Below, in pieces: positions 1 through 6,825 of a stretch of 10,864 nucleotides of DNA. Each line of letters opens with the position of its first letter. Position 1 is the first letter of the stretch. Both the position numbers and the translations under genes were made by a program. The DNA comes from an uncultured Dehalococcoidia bacterium. Its GTDB lineage: Bacteria; Chloroflexota; Dehalococcoidia; Lucifugimonadales; UBA3495. The stretch covers positions 1-10,864 of the forward strand of contig CATMOE010000090.1 in the NCBI GenBank assembly GCA_950072105.1. The letters run 5' to 3'. The notes beneath the pieces were generated by a model. It saw nothing but the letters and a program-made list of their open reading frames with translations, did no database searches and had not been told where the DNA came from.

Positions 1-824
1 TCCCGGCTCTCAGGGGTCTCGTCACCCATGGAAGTGCTACCGATCATTCGGTACATATCGGCTACACCCTGGAATAAGTGTGGAGTCAGGCCCAGGTGGT
101 CGAATGTGTCCTTAATCTCTTCCATCTCGCTAACCCACCGGCGGGCTTTAGCGGGAACGCCGGGCAAACCCCGCTCCATCCGCTGCAATATCGCTGGTTG
201 GCTGCTTTGGAATTCCGCTTTTACGAAATCCGAAAGTCCCATCATCTCGGCGGCCATCAGCAATTCGGAATATAAGGCCGACGACCCTTTGGTCATTGCC
301 GCATAGCACATCTTGATTCCGGAAGCCTGTCCTACCTCCGTCCCGGCGATCCGTACGTCTAATCCAAAGTCGGCTAATCCTTCAAACTCGGAGGTGTTGT
401 CTCCGGAGGCGTAGAACCGGGGGCTGGAACCGTTCCGGGGTGGGCTACCCACGATGGAGGCGTCGATAAACCGGCCGCCCGCCTCGGTGATGATGGGTTC
501 CATCCGCCGGGCAACCTGAGGAGCGATGGCGTTACACTCGCCGAACAGAACATCCGCTCCGGTGGCCTTGATCGCTGCGGCTACTTCCTGGCAGATGCTT
601 GGCACCATCTCGGAGACGGAGATGGAGAGAATTATCTGGGATTGAGCAACCATGTCGTTCAGGTTCGCCACGTCAGTGATGCCGGCCGATTCCGAAAGGT
701 CCCTGGTCCGCTGGCTCCGGCCCGCCAAACAGGTAACAACCCGCAACTCATGCTCCCGTAACAACTGGCCCACGGCGTGGCCCATATCTCCGGGACTGAG
801 GATCGCTACTGTTTCAATCGACAT
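1..824 (-). CDS. NAD(P)-dependent oxidoreductase, 6-phosphogluconate/3-hydroxyisobutyrate dehydrogenase-like with DUF1932-type C-terminal domain (3' end truncated by the window)
   Basis: Not in the ORF track because it has no stop inside the window. Manual translation from the ATG at 824: MSIETVAILSPGDMGHAVGQLLREHELRVVTCLAGRSQRTRDL...ECNAIAPQ...FIDASIVGSPP...PRFYASG...GQASGIKMCYAAMTKG...KARRWVSEMEEI. It has a Rossmann-like PGDMG motif and the KMCYA/TKG and RWxxEMEEI motifs typical of this family. GGGGTG SD-like sequence at about 833-838. Confidence 0.85.
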   Translation of the reverse strand, partial: MSIETVAILSPGDMGHAVGQLLREHELRVVTCLAGRSQRTRDLSESAGITDVANLNDMVAQSQIILSISVSEMVPSICQEVAAAIKATGADVLFGECNAIAPQVARRMEPIITEAGGRFIDASIVGSPPRNGSSPRFYASGDNTSEFEGLADFGLDVRIAGTEVGQASGIKMCYAAMTKGSSALYSELLMAAEMMGLSDFVKAEFQSSQPAILQRMERGLPGVPAKARRWVSEMEEIKDTFDHLGLTPHLFQGVADMYRMIGSTSMGDETPESR

Positions 825-854
825 TTAAGTGACACCCCGATGTTTGAATTTATT

Positions 855-896
855 GAGTTAACTCTAATATTACGTGGCCGGGACGCCTGCCGTCCA
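855..896 (-). promoter_or_regulatory. Possible promoter (TGGACG-N18-TAATAT) with an adjacent perfect palindrome GAGTTAACTC
   Basis: Minus strand TGGACG (891-896) and TAATAT (867-872). Palindrome GAGTTAACTC at 855-864 in an AT-rich patch upstream of the oxidoreductase. Confidence 0.3.
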
Positions 897-905
897 GCGA
901 AGAAA

Positions 906-943
906 ATCCCCTCAACATTCTTTTTCAAGAGATAAGAGGGGAT
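906..943. repeat. Intergenic inverted repeat (REP-like hairpin)
   Basis: ATCCCCTC (906-913) / GAGGGGAT (936-943) perfect 8-bp arms, with an inner TCTT/AAGA pair around TTTC. Confidence 0.5.
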
Positions 944-957
944 CAACTCTTAAAAAG

Positions 958-1024
958 TGGTTCGACAAGCTCACCACGAACGGTGGAAGTTCTCTTTCCC
1001 TTTCGTTCTGAACCTGTCGAAGGA
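958..1024 (-). repeat. REP-like palindromic element (TTCGACAAGCTCA...TGAACCTGTCGAA type), possibly also the terminator/3' stabiliser of the fur-ureH transcript
   Basis: On the minus strand TTCGACAGGTTCA (1021-1009) pairs with TGAGCTTGTCGAA (973-961): 13 bp with two G-U pairs, plus an inner ACGAA/TTCGT. It is followed by CCACTTTTT. Resembles the widespread GGTTCGACAAGCTCACC...GAGCCTGTCGAAGG dispersed repeat (recognised from memory). Confidence 0.65.
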
Positions 1025-1051
1025 CCCAGCCGCGGGTTGGCGAATTAACCT

Positions 1052-1795
1052 TTAGAACAACCCGTCGACAAAACCGATCTGATACATCAAAAACCCACCG
1101 AATATGATACTAAACGTTCCCACGGCGAACTGGATCGTACGGTTTATATTGGGCAAACGACCGGCAGAAACCACGAAGGGAAGGCCGATGATCACGGTCA
1201 TTACCCCCATGCTGATCACCGAACCCAAGCCGAACAGCAGGATGTAGGCCAGACCCACTAACGGCGACTCGATGGAAGCCAACACGAGCAACGTCAGGGC
1301 CGCGCTCCCGGCCACCCCGTGTACCGTGCCAACCAAATAGGACTTCTTCCTCAGGAAAGGCTTACCTATCCCATGCGTTTCGTGGTGCGCCGGCGTGTGC
1401 TCCGGGGTCGCCGAGTGGGAATGGAAGTGCTGATGCGCTTCGTCTTCTTCATGGCCATGCGCGTGCTGGTGCACCTTCTTTTTCCGGAAGCTATAGATGA
1501 CCTGGGCGCCCAGGGCTACCAGCATCACTCCGACACCAAACTCAAAGAGCAGAGCCATCCGCTCCGGTATCGTCAGCCGCAGAGCGATGATCGCTATACC
1601 GATGATTAACAGTGTGGTGGTGTGTCCCAAGCCCCAGGAGACACCCACCCAGAAAGACCGTAGCGGGTTCTTATATTCACTGACAATGGTCGATACGGCA
1701 ACCACATGGTCCGGGTCTAGAGAGTGCTTGGAACCCAGAATCAATCCCAGCACCAAGGCCGCGAGCAAACCCAGCTCGGCTAGTTGTTCCTCCAT
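1052..1795 (-). CDS. UreH-like / NiCoT-related nickel-cobalt permease with His-rich loop
   Basis: HSLDPDH matches the NiCoT/UreH HxxDxDH signature. Also WGLGHT and GTVHGVAGS motifs, several hydrophobic helices and a loop with 12 His (HQHAHGH...HQHFHSH...HTPAHHETH). SD GAGGAG at 1801-1806. Confidence 0.82.
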   Translation of the reverse strand: MEEQLAELGLLAALVLGLILGSKHSLDPDHVVAVSTIVSEYKNPLRSFWVGVSWGLGHTTTLLIIGIAIIALRLTIPERMALLFEFGVGVMLVALGAQVIYSFRKKKVHQHAHGHEEDEAHQHFHSHSATPEHTPAHHETHGIGKPFLRKKSYLVGTVHGVAGSAALTLLVLASIESPLVGLAYILLFGLGSVISMGVMTVIIGLPFVVSAGRLPNINRTIQFAVGTFSIIFGGFLMYQIGFVDGLF

Positions 1796-1828
1796 GATGT
1801 CTCCTCGTTAAATGGCGGCAGCCTGTCT

Positions 1829-2275
1829 TTAGTGCTGGTGCGGGGTATTTCGCCCAGACCGGCACCCGGAGCACGTCCCCGTGATCGCGAAATGCTCCAG
1901 ATCAGGCTCAAAATCAAACTCTTCCAACAGAGTGTCCCTGAACTCGTCCAGGTAGGTAGGGCTTAGGTTGAACGCCCCGTTGCAAACACGGCATACCATG
2001 TGATGGTGGGGGCCGCTGGGATCGATCAACTCGTAGTGCAGGCGGTCGCCGATGGCCACCTCGGTTACCACGCCCAGGTCTTTGAACAGATGGAGGGTCC
2101 GGTACACCGTGGCGATGTCCATGTAGGGATACGCCTCTTTGGCCCGGCGAAAGACTTCGTCCACCCCCATATGTCCGCCACCATCGGCAACTATGGAGAG
2201 AACCAGTATTCGCTGGGGGGTGAGGCGGTGGCCCTTCTCCCGGAGAACATCGATCGCTTGTTGATGCTGTAGCAT
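1829..2275 (-). CDS. Fur-family metalloregulator (Nur/Zur-like)
   Basis: RLTPQR, ATVYRTL recognition helix, HHHMVCxxC and C-terminal GxCxxC structural zinc motifs. 148 aa. Confidence 0.93.
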   Translation of the reverse strand: MLQHQQAIDVLREKGHRLTPQRILVLSIVADGGGHMGVDEVFRRAKEAYPYMDIATVYRTLHLFKDLGVVTEVAIGDRLHYELIDPSGPHHHMVCRVCNGAFNLSPTYLDEFRDTLLEEFDFEPDLEHFAITGTCSGCRSGRNTPHQH

Positions 2276-2298
2276 TCTGTTTCGGCCAATAAAGGTAG

Positions 2299-2314
2299 TT
2301 GCAACCGTTTGCGT
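2299..2314. promoter_or_regulatory. Candidate repressor operator (minus strand ACGCAAACGGTTGCAA) at the predicted transcription start of the fur-ureH operon
   Basis: Dyad GCAA-N4-TTGC starting about 7 nt downstream of the -10 box. Confidence 0.55.
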
Positions 2315-2320
2315 TTACAT

Positions 2321-2348
2321 ATTCTATCAAACTGCAAAGGGTTGTCAA
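2321..2348 (-). promoter_or_regulatory. Sigma70-type promoter for the fur-ureH operon
   Basis: TTGACA (2348-2343), 16-nt spacer, then TG-n-TAGAAT extended -10 (2326-2321), about 45 nt upstream of the ATG. Confidence 0.75.
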
Positions 2349-2405
2349 GACAAATAGTGGCCGATTCACGACTGGGGAGAAGATCCGGCGCAGGTTGGAA
2401 GGGTG

Positions 2406-3683
2406 CTAGACCTTTACAGTGGCGATCATGCCGGCGGCTAGGACGCGGGCCCCGGCCATGGACAGGAAAACGATGGGCCATGGACTGCCGGTCATATCCA
2501 ACACGAAGCTGAATATGATCGCTTGAAGCCCGGCGTAGGCGTAGCCATGGGCGTCCAGCAGCCCGGAAGCAGTGCCTGACATCCGCCTTCCCGCAATGTC
2601 GATCGCTACCGTCGAGATAGGAGACAGTCCCATGGAGATACCGCCGATCAATAGCAACGACGCTCCCAGGGCGACATTGGTTGGCGGAACCAGGGCGATG
2701 GCGACGAGAGTCACGGCACTGATCCCGCATGAGACTAACACCATCGGCCGCCGGGCGCTGTGCAGTAGGCGATCTGATATGAATCCGGACAAAGGTGGGG
2801 CAATCATGTATCCCAATGGCAGCAGGACGGTAACCAAGATGGTCGATTCTATGGAAAGTCCGCCCTTGGTGAAGTAGTAGATGGGCACCCAAGTCGTCAG
2901 GCCGTACCGAACCACGTTCTCCAGTCCCTTCACGTGGCTTGCCAGCTGAAACCGTGGGTTGGACAATAGCTCTTTGTATGGACCAAGCCCCCTGAGACGC
3001 TCCGGCGAGATCGCTTCAGGGATGGCCGAGACCTCGTCGTCTTCTATGTATTCGGGAAGGCCAACGTCGGCGGGGCGGTCTCTTGCCAAAAAGAAAAACG
3101 CGACACCCAGCAGGGTAATGACTAACGGCGGGTAGCGGAAGGCGGCTCGCCAACCGAACTCGGCGCCGACAAACCCGGAGATCCACCACATCAGCAACAT
3201 GGCCCCGCCGGTGAACGTGCCGAGGATCCCCATGGCGACCCCTCGGTGGCTCCGCGGCCACCATTGGGAGATCATGCTGATCCCCGGGCTCCAGCACGCC
3301 GCGTTAACGAAGCCGGTTATCCCCCAGGGTATGGCGATGGACATCGCCGAGCCGCCGTAGCTGGTCACCCAGTTGAACACTGTGGTAAGCACGGCCCCCC
3401 CCAGCACCCACAACCGCAAGCCGTAGGCTTCCGCCAAACGCCCGTGGACCAGATCACCTAACCCGAAGCCCCACAAAAGCAGGGCGTTGATCATCCCGAT
3501 CTCTAAGTGGGTCAGCGCCAGGTCTTCTTGGACGAGGGGGGCTATCGGCCAGAAGTTAAACCTCCCCAGGTAAAGAAAAAGGTAGAAAACGCAGAAAGAG
3601 AGCAGAACGCGCCACTTCCAGCGATGATAAGTAGGAGGCAGCTCGGCGTAGGGCAACGCCCGAACGCCGCTCATCGGCCGCAC
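2406..3683 (-). CDS. MFS transporter, GlpT/UhpT (organophosphate:Pi antiporter)-like
   Basis: N-terminal YHRWKWRVLLSFCVFYLFLYLGRFNF resembles GlpT helix 1 including the Arg. Also GRLAEAYG and GFISDRL motif-A repeats, WWPRSHRG, GWRAAF and RDRP. About 12 TM segments. The start could be the GTG at 3683 or the ATG at 3674. Confidence 0.88.
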   Translation of the reverse strand: MRPMSGVRALPYAELPPTYHRWKWRVLLSFCVFYLFLYLGRFNFWPIAPLVQEDLALTHLEIGMINALLLWGFGLGDLVHGRLAEAYGLRLWVLGGAVLTTVFNWVTSYGGSAMSIAIPWGITGFVNAACWSPGISMISQWWPRSHRGVAMGILGTFTGGAMLLMWWISGFVGAEFGWRAAFRYPPLVITLLGVAFFFLARDRPADVGLPEYIEDDEVSAIPEAISPERLRGLGPYKELLSNPRFQLASHVKGLENVVRYGLTTWVPIYYFTKGGLSIESTILVTVLLPLGYMIAPPLSGFISDRLLHSARRPMVLVSCGISAVTLVAIALVPPTNVALGASLLLIGGISMGLSPISTVAIDIAGRRMSGTASGLLDAHGYAYAGLQAIIFSFVLDMTGSPWPIVFLSMAGARVLAAGMIATVKV

Positions 3684-3753
3684 CCGTCCTCGGCCGCGCC
3701 GGCCCTGTTATGCCGGTTCATAGGGGAATCTTGAGCATGTCGGACCATTAAAC

Positions 3754-3770
3754 TGTTACGGTTTCTAACA
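3754..3770. promoter_or_regulatory. TGTTA-N7-TAACA palindrome (GlnR/TnrA-box-like) upstream of the MFS gene
   Basis: TGTTA CGGTTTC TAACA with perfect 5-bp arms in an AT-rich intergenic patch about 70 nt upstream of the MFS start. Confidence 0.45.
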
Positions 3771-3802
3771 AACAAGTCGAGGCTGGAAGTGTTCCCGATT
3801 AA

Positions 3803-4468
3803 TTAAGCCAGGGTAGCACGATTGTTAGACTGCACCAACCGTACCACTTCTTCCACCGATTGGGATATGTCACCGGAAGAGTCCACGTTCAAGTGGGGCC
3901 GGGCGATCGTTTCTTCGTGGGGATACATCCTGCTATAGATCCGCCATCCGGCGTCTGAATAGTCGCTGGGATGCATCCCGGCTCCCCGGTCGGACAGACG
4001 GCGGCGGACGATCTCCCCGGGCGCTGTAATACGTGCCAAGACCATCGGGACCGATACTCGATCGGCGATCTCGTAAACGGGTTGTCTAAAACCCTCGGTC
4101 AGGTTGGTGGCGTCGAGCAGCACCAGCCGGTCCTGAAGCAGGTACTCTTCAATCAGCAGGTAGCAGGCGGCGAATAGACGGGCACTTTCACCCCGGGTAT
4201 ATTTGGGGTTGGGCGCCAGTACCTTGCGAAGCCGGTCGCTCTCCAATACCAACAAAGGCAGCCGTTTCCCCAACGCCTTGGCGAAATGCGATTTTCCGGT
4301 CCCTGGCAGTCCGGACAATATAATGAGGCAGGGTTTGTCAGTCGGCCCGGGCTGGGTTAGGGCGAATTCTCTAGCCAAGGCAATGCGCAGAGGAACGGCG
4401 GTTTCTTGAACTAGGGCGATGGAAAGGCCGCCAAATGGCTGACGTTGTTCGGAAGGTTCGCTACTCAA
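3803..4468 (-). CDS. P-loop kinase, AAA_33 / predicted nucleotide kinase family
   Basis: LIILSGLPGTGKS Walker A, ESDRLRK, VLLDATN, RRRL lid and SDA motif. Start codon uncertain (TTG). Confidence 0.85.
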   Translation of the reverse strand: MSSEPSEQRQPFGGLSIALVQETAVPLRIALAREFALTQPGPTDKPCLIILSGLPGTGKSHFAKALGKRLPLLVLESDRLRKVLAPNPKYTRGESARLFAACYLLIEEYLLQDRLVLLDATNLTEGFRQPVYEIADRVSVPMVLARITAPGEIVRRRLSDRGAGMHPSDYSDAGWRIYSRMYPHEETIARPHLNVDSSGDISQSVEEVVRLVQSNNRATLA

Positions 4469-4471
4469 ATT

Positions 4472-5434
4472 TCAAACGGCCTGGTTTGATTCCATATACG
4501 AATCGTGATTCCATTCGCCCTCGATCTCATGAGAAGCCACGCCCAGCAGGCCGGGCCCGGTATGGGCTCCCATGACCGGGGAGAACTGGCTGATAAACAT
4601 CTCCTGGCAGTTGATCTCATCTTGGATAAGCCGCTCGATCGCCAAGGCATCCTCCGGGGAGCCGGCTTCCATTATGTTAACCACTACCGGCGCACGGCCT
4701 ACACGCTGCTTCATGATAGCCACCAACCGGTCCATCGCCCGGAGGCGGCTCCGTGGCCGCTCCAACAACCGGGCTTCGCCGCCTTGCAACTCGGTCAATG
4801 GTCTGACACCCAAAAGAGAGCCGGTCCACGCCTTGATCTTGCCCACCCGTCCACTGCGGTTCAGATAGTCGAAACTGTCTAAGAACGCCAGCAGATTTAC
4901 CCTGGGTATCAACCGTTCGAGCCGGGCGGCGATGGGTTCCAGGCCGTAACCGTCGTGAGCCCACCGGGCTGCCGCCAAGGCAATGAGGCCCAAAGCGCCC
5001 GCCGCCGCTTGGCTATCGATGACCTTGATCCGGCAATTTGGCAACCTCTCGCCGGCCGTCTCGACGGCGGCAAGAGCCGACCGATTAGCCACGCTGAATT
5101 TGGCCGATACGGTAATACATAAGATGTTACTCGCCAACTCACCGGCGGCCAGCATTCCGTCAAGAAACTCCTGGGGCCGGGGGGCGGCGGTGGTGGGCAC
5201 TACTCGGCTGTCGCGAAGCATCTTGTAAAATTCGCCGGGGCTGATGTCGACGCCGTCACGATATGAGCGGCCATCGATAATCAACTCGTGGGGGACTAGG
5301 GTGATGTTCCATCGGCGTATCAGATCCGGGGGCAAACAGCAGGCGCTGTCGACTACTATGGCTACGTCAGCCTGTCCGGCCAAACGGCCGGCATCTCGAA
5401 ACTGGGCTGCACGATCAGTGGACATAGCATCCAC
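4472..5434 (-). CDS. degV: DegV/FakB-family fatty-acid-binding protein
   Basis: AIVVDSACCLP, YRDGVDI, PTTAAP, VIDSQ, YLNRSGR and C-terminal AHTGPG are DegV hallmarks. The start may be the ATG at 5425. Confidence 0.9.
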   Translation of the reverse strand: MDAMSTDRAAQFRDAGRLAGQADVAIVVDSACCLPPDLIRRWNITLVPHELIIDGRSYRDGVDISPGEFYKMLRDSRVVPTTAAPRPQEFLDGMLAAGELASNILCITVSAKFSVANRSALAAVETAGERLPNCRIKVIDSQAAAGALGLIALAAARWAHDGYGLEPIAARLERLIPRVNLLAFLDSFDYLNRSGRVGKIKAWTGSLLGVRPLTELQGGEARLLERPRSRLRAMDRLVAIMKQRVGRAPVVVNIMEAGSPEDALAIERLIQDEINCQEMFISQFSPVMGAHTGPGLLGVASHEIEGEWNHDSYMESNQAV

Positions 5435-5530
5435 CTTTCCGGCACATGGCCCTTGGATGTACGTAAGGAATCAGCACGTCCGAGGGGAAATGGGTAGTCG
5501 TCACGGCCTGGGCCAGGCGCACCGGATGGT

Positions 5531-5782
5531 CTATACCCCTAACTTACTTCGAACCAGAGCCACGACCAAGATGACAACGAACGGGCTGAAGTCTATCCCG
5601 CTGAACACGGTGTACCGCCTTATGGGGGCAAAAATCGGCTCGGTGATCTGGTTCACCAACAGGTTTATCCTGACCAACGTGGGATGGGGCCTTTGCCCGG
5701 CGATAGGCATGATGAACGAAAGGGCCACCTTGGCGAAAATCACGATGTATATCGCATTGAAAAACCACTGCAGAAGAACCAT
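5531..5782 (-). CDS. yggT: YggT/YlmG family membrane protein
   Basis: 83 aa, two hydrophobic segments, QITEPIFAPIRR and GIDFSP signature. Directly downstream of proC. Confidence 0.92.
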   Translation of the reverse strand: MVLLQWFFNAIYIVIFAKVALSFIMPIAGQRPHPTLVRINLLVNQITEPIFAPIRRYTVFSGIDFSPFVVILVVALVRSKLGV

Positions 5783-5794
5783 AGACCGCCCTAT

Positions 5795-6604
5795 CTACCC
5801 CTGTCCAAGTTTGATTGATTTTTGGAACGCGGCATTTACCGCATCAACGATGGCCGCGGGAACGCCGGCCCTTTCCAATACCTGCAGACCCTCGGCGGTA
5901 GTCCCACCAGGGGAAACCACCATATCCTTCAGGTCGGCTGGGTGACGTCCGGTTTCCATCACCAGTTGAGTGCTGCCGTATACGGTTTGGAGCGCCATCG
6001 TTCGCGCCATGTCTCTGGGCAACCCAACGTAAACCCCGGCGTCGATCAGCGCTTCGATAATCATGAACACGTAGGCGGGGCCGCTGGCGCTCAACGCCGT
6101 CGCCATGTCCATGTATTTCTCATCGTCTACATAGATTTCTTTGCCTACGGTTGACACGATGGACCGGGTAAAATCCCGCTGTTGCTCACTCACCTGGGGG
6201 GAGCAGGTCCACATGCTCATTCCCTGGCCGATCTGGGCTGGAGTGTTAGGCATCACCCGAATGATTGATTCGTGACTGAAACCTTTTGAGAGGGTGGACA
6301 TCTTGGCCCCGGCAATTATAGAGAGGACCGCCTGCTCCGGCCTAAGACGTTCCCCAAGTTCCTGAAATATAACCGGCAGGTCCTGGGGTTTGATGGCCAA
6401 GATCAGCAGGTCGGCTTCTCTAGCCGCATCCAGGTTTCCCTGGTGCGCTTGCACGCCGAACTCGCTGGAGAGGAATTGCCGCCGTTCCGGTCTGGGCTCC
6501 CCGATGGCTACATCGGTTGGAGCGGCAACTTGGGCGTCCAACACACCGCGAAGGATCGCCTCAGCCATGGTGCCGCCCCCGATAAACGCTAACTTCATCG
6601 CCAT
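5795..6604 (-). CDS. proC: Pyrroline-5-carboxylate reductase
   Basis: KLAFIGGGTMAEAI, LAIKPQ, SIIAG, RVMPNTP, TALSASGPAY and VVSPGGTT motifs. The start is placed at ATG 6604 (or 6598) because the ORF-track extension to 6637 runs into a BoxC-like repeat. Confidence 0.96.
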   Translation of the reverse strand: MAMKLAFIGGGTMAEAILRGVLDAQVAAPTDVAIGEPRPERRQFLSSEFGVQAHQGNLDAAREADLLILAIKPQDLPVIFQELGERLRPEQAVLSIIAGAKMSTLSKGFSHESIIRVMPNTPAQIGQGMSMWTCSPQVSEQQRDFTRSIVSTVGKEIYVDDEKYMDMATALSASGPAYVFMIIEALIDAGVYVGLPRDMARTMALQTVYGSTQLVMETGRHPADLKDMVVSPGGTTAEGLQVLERAGVPAAIVDAVNAAFQKSIKLGQG

Positions 6605-6621
6605 TACATCTCTATCAATTA

Positions 6622-6661
6622 TCCCTTCCCCCTCCAAGGCGGAAGCTTAGGATGGGGGTGA
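6622..6661 (-). repeat. BoxC-like palindromic repeat
   Basis: Minus strand TCACCCCCATCCTAAGCTTCCGCCTTGGAGGGGGAAGGGA: a pyrimidine-rich tail followed by a CTTCC..GGAAG hairpin. Same architecture as the CCCCTCACCCTAACCCTCTCCC..GGGAGAGGG-type dispersed repeats. Confidence 0.55.
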
Positions 6662-6699
6662 TACTTCACACCCTGTGCCTGTTCAGCAACGGGAGACCA

Positions 6700-6731
6700 A
6701 TTTCCTGGACCCCACGCATCCGGGGAAATGA
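6700..6731. repeat. Degenerate REP-like hairpin (TCATTCCCG...GGGAATCCAG type)
   Basis: Minus strand TCATTTCCCCGGATGCGTGGGGTCCAGGAAAT. ATTTCC/GGAAAT arms plus GGA/TCC. Confidence 0.4.
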
Positions 6732-6765
6732 TAACTTTAGCATACAGTTACGATATCTAAGGCCC

Positions 6766-6776
6766 ATTATAGCACC
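6766..6776 (-). promoter_or_regulatory. Extended -10 promoter element for the proC-yggT cluster
   Basis: GGTGCTATAAT (TGn-TATAAT) in the pdxA-proC intergenic region. No strong -35. Confidence 0.6.
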
Positions 6777-6825
6777 GTGGCTAAATCGGGCATGCCCTAT
6801 ATTCCGGAATTCTTGGACCGATGCA

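Noticed and set aside
6605..6637. N-terminal extension of ProC from the TTG at 6637
   Set aside because: It lies within the BoxC-like repeat. ProC proteins typically begin at the MKxxFIGxG motif.
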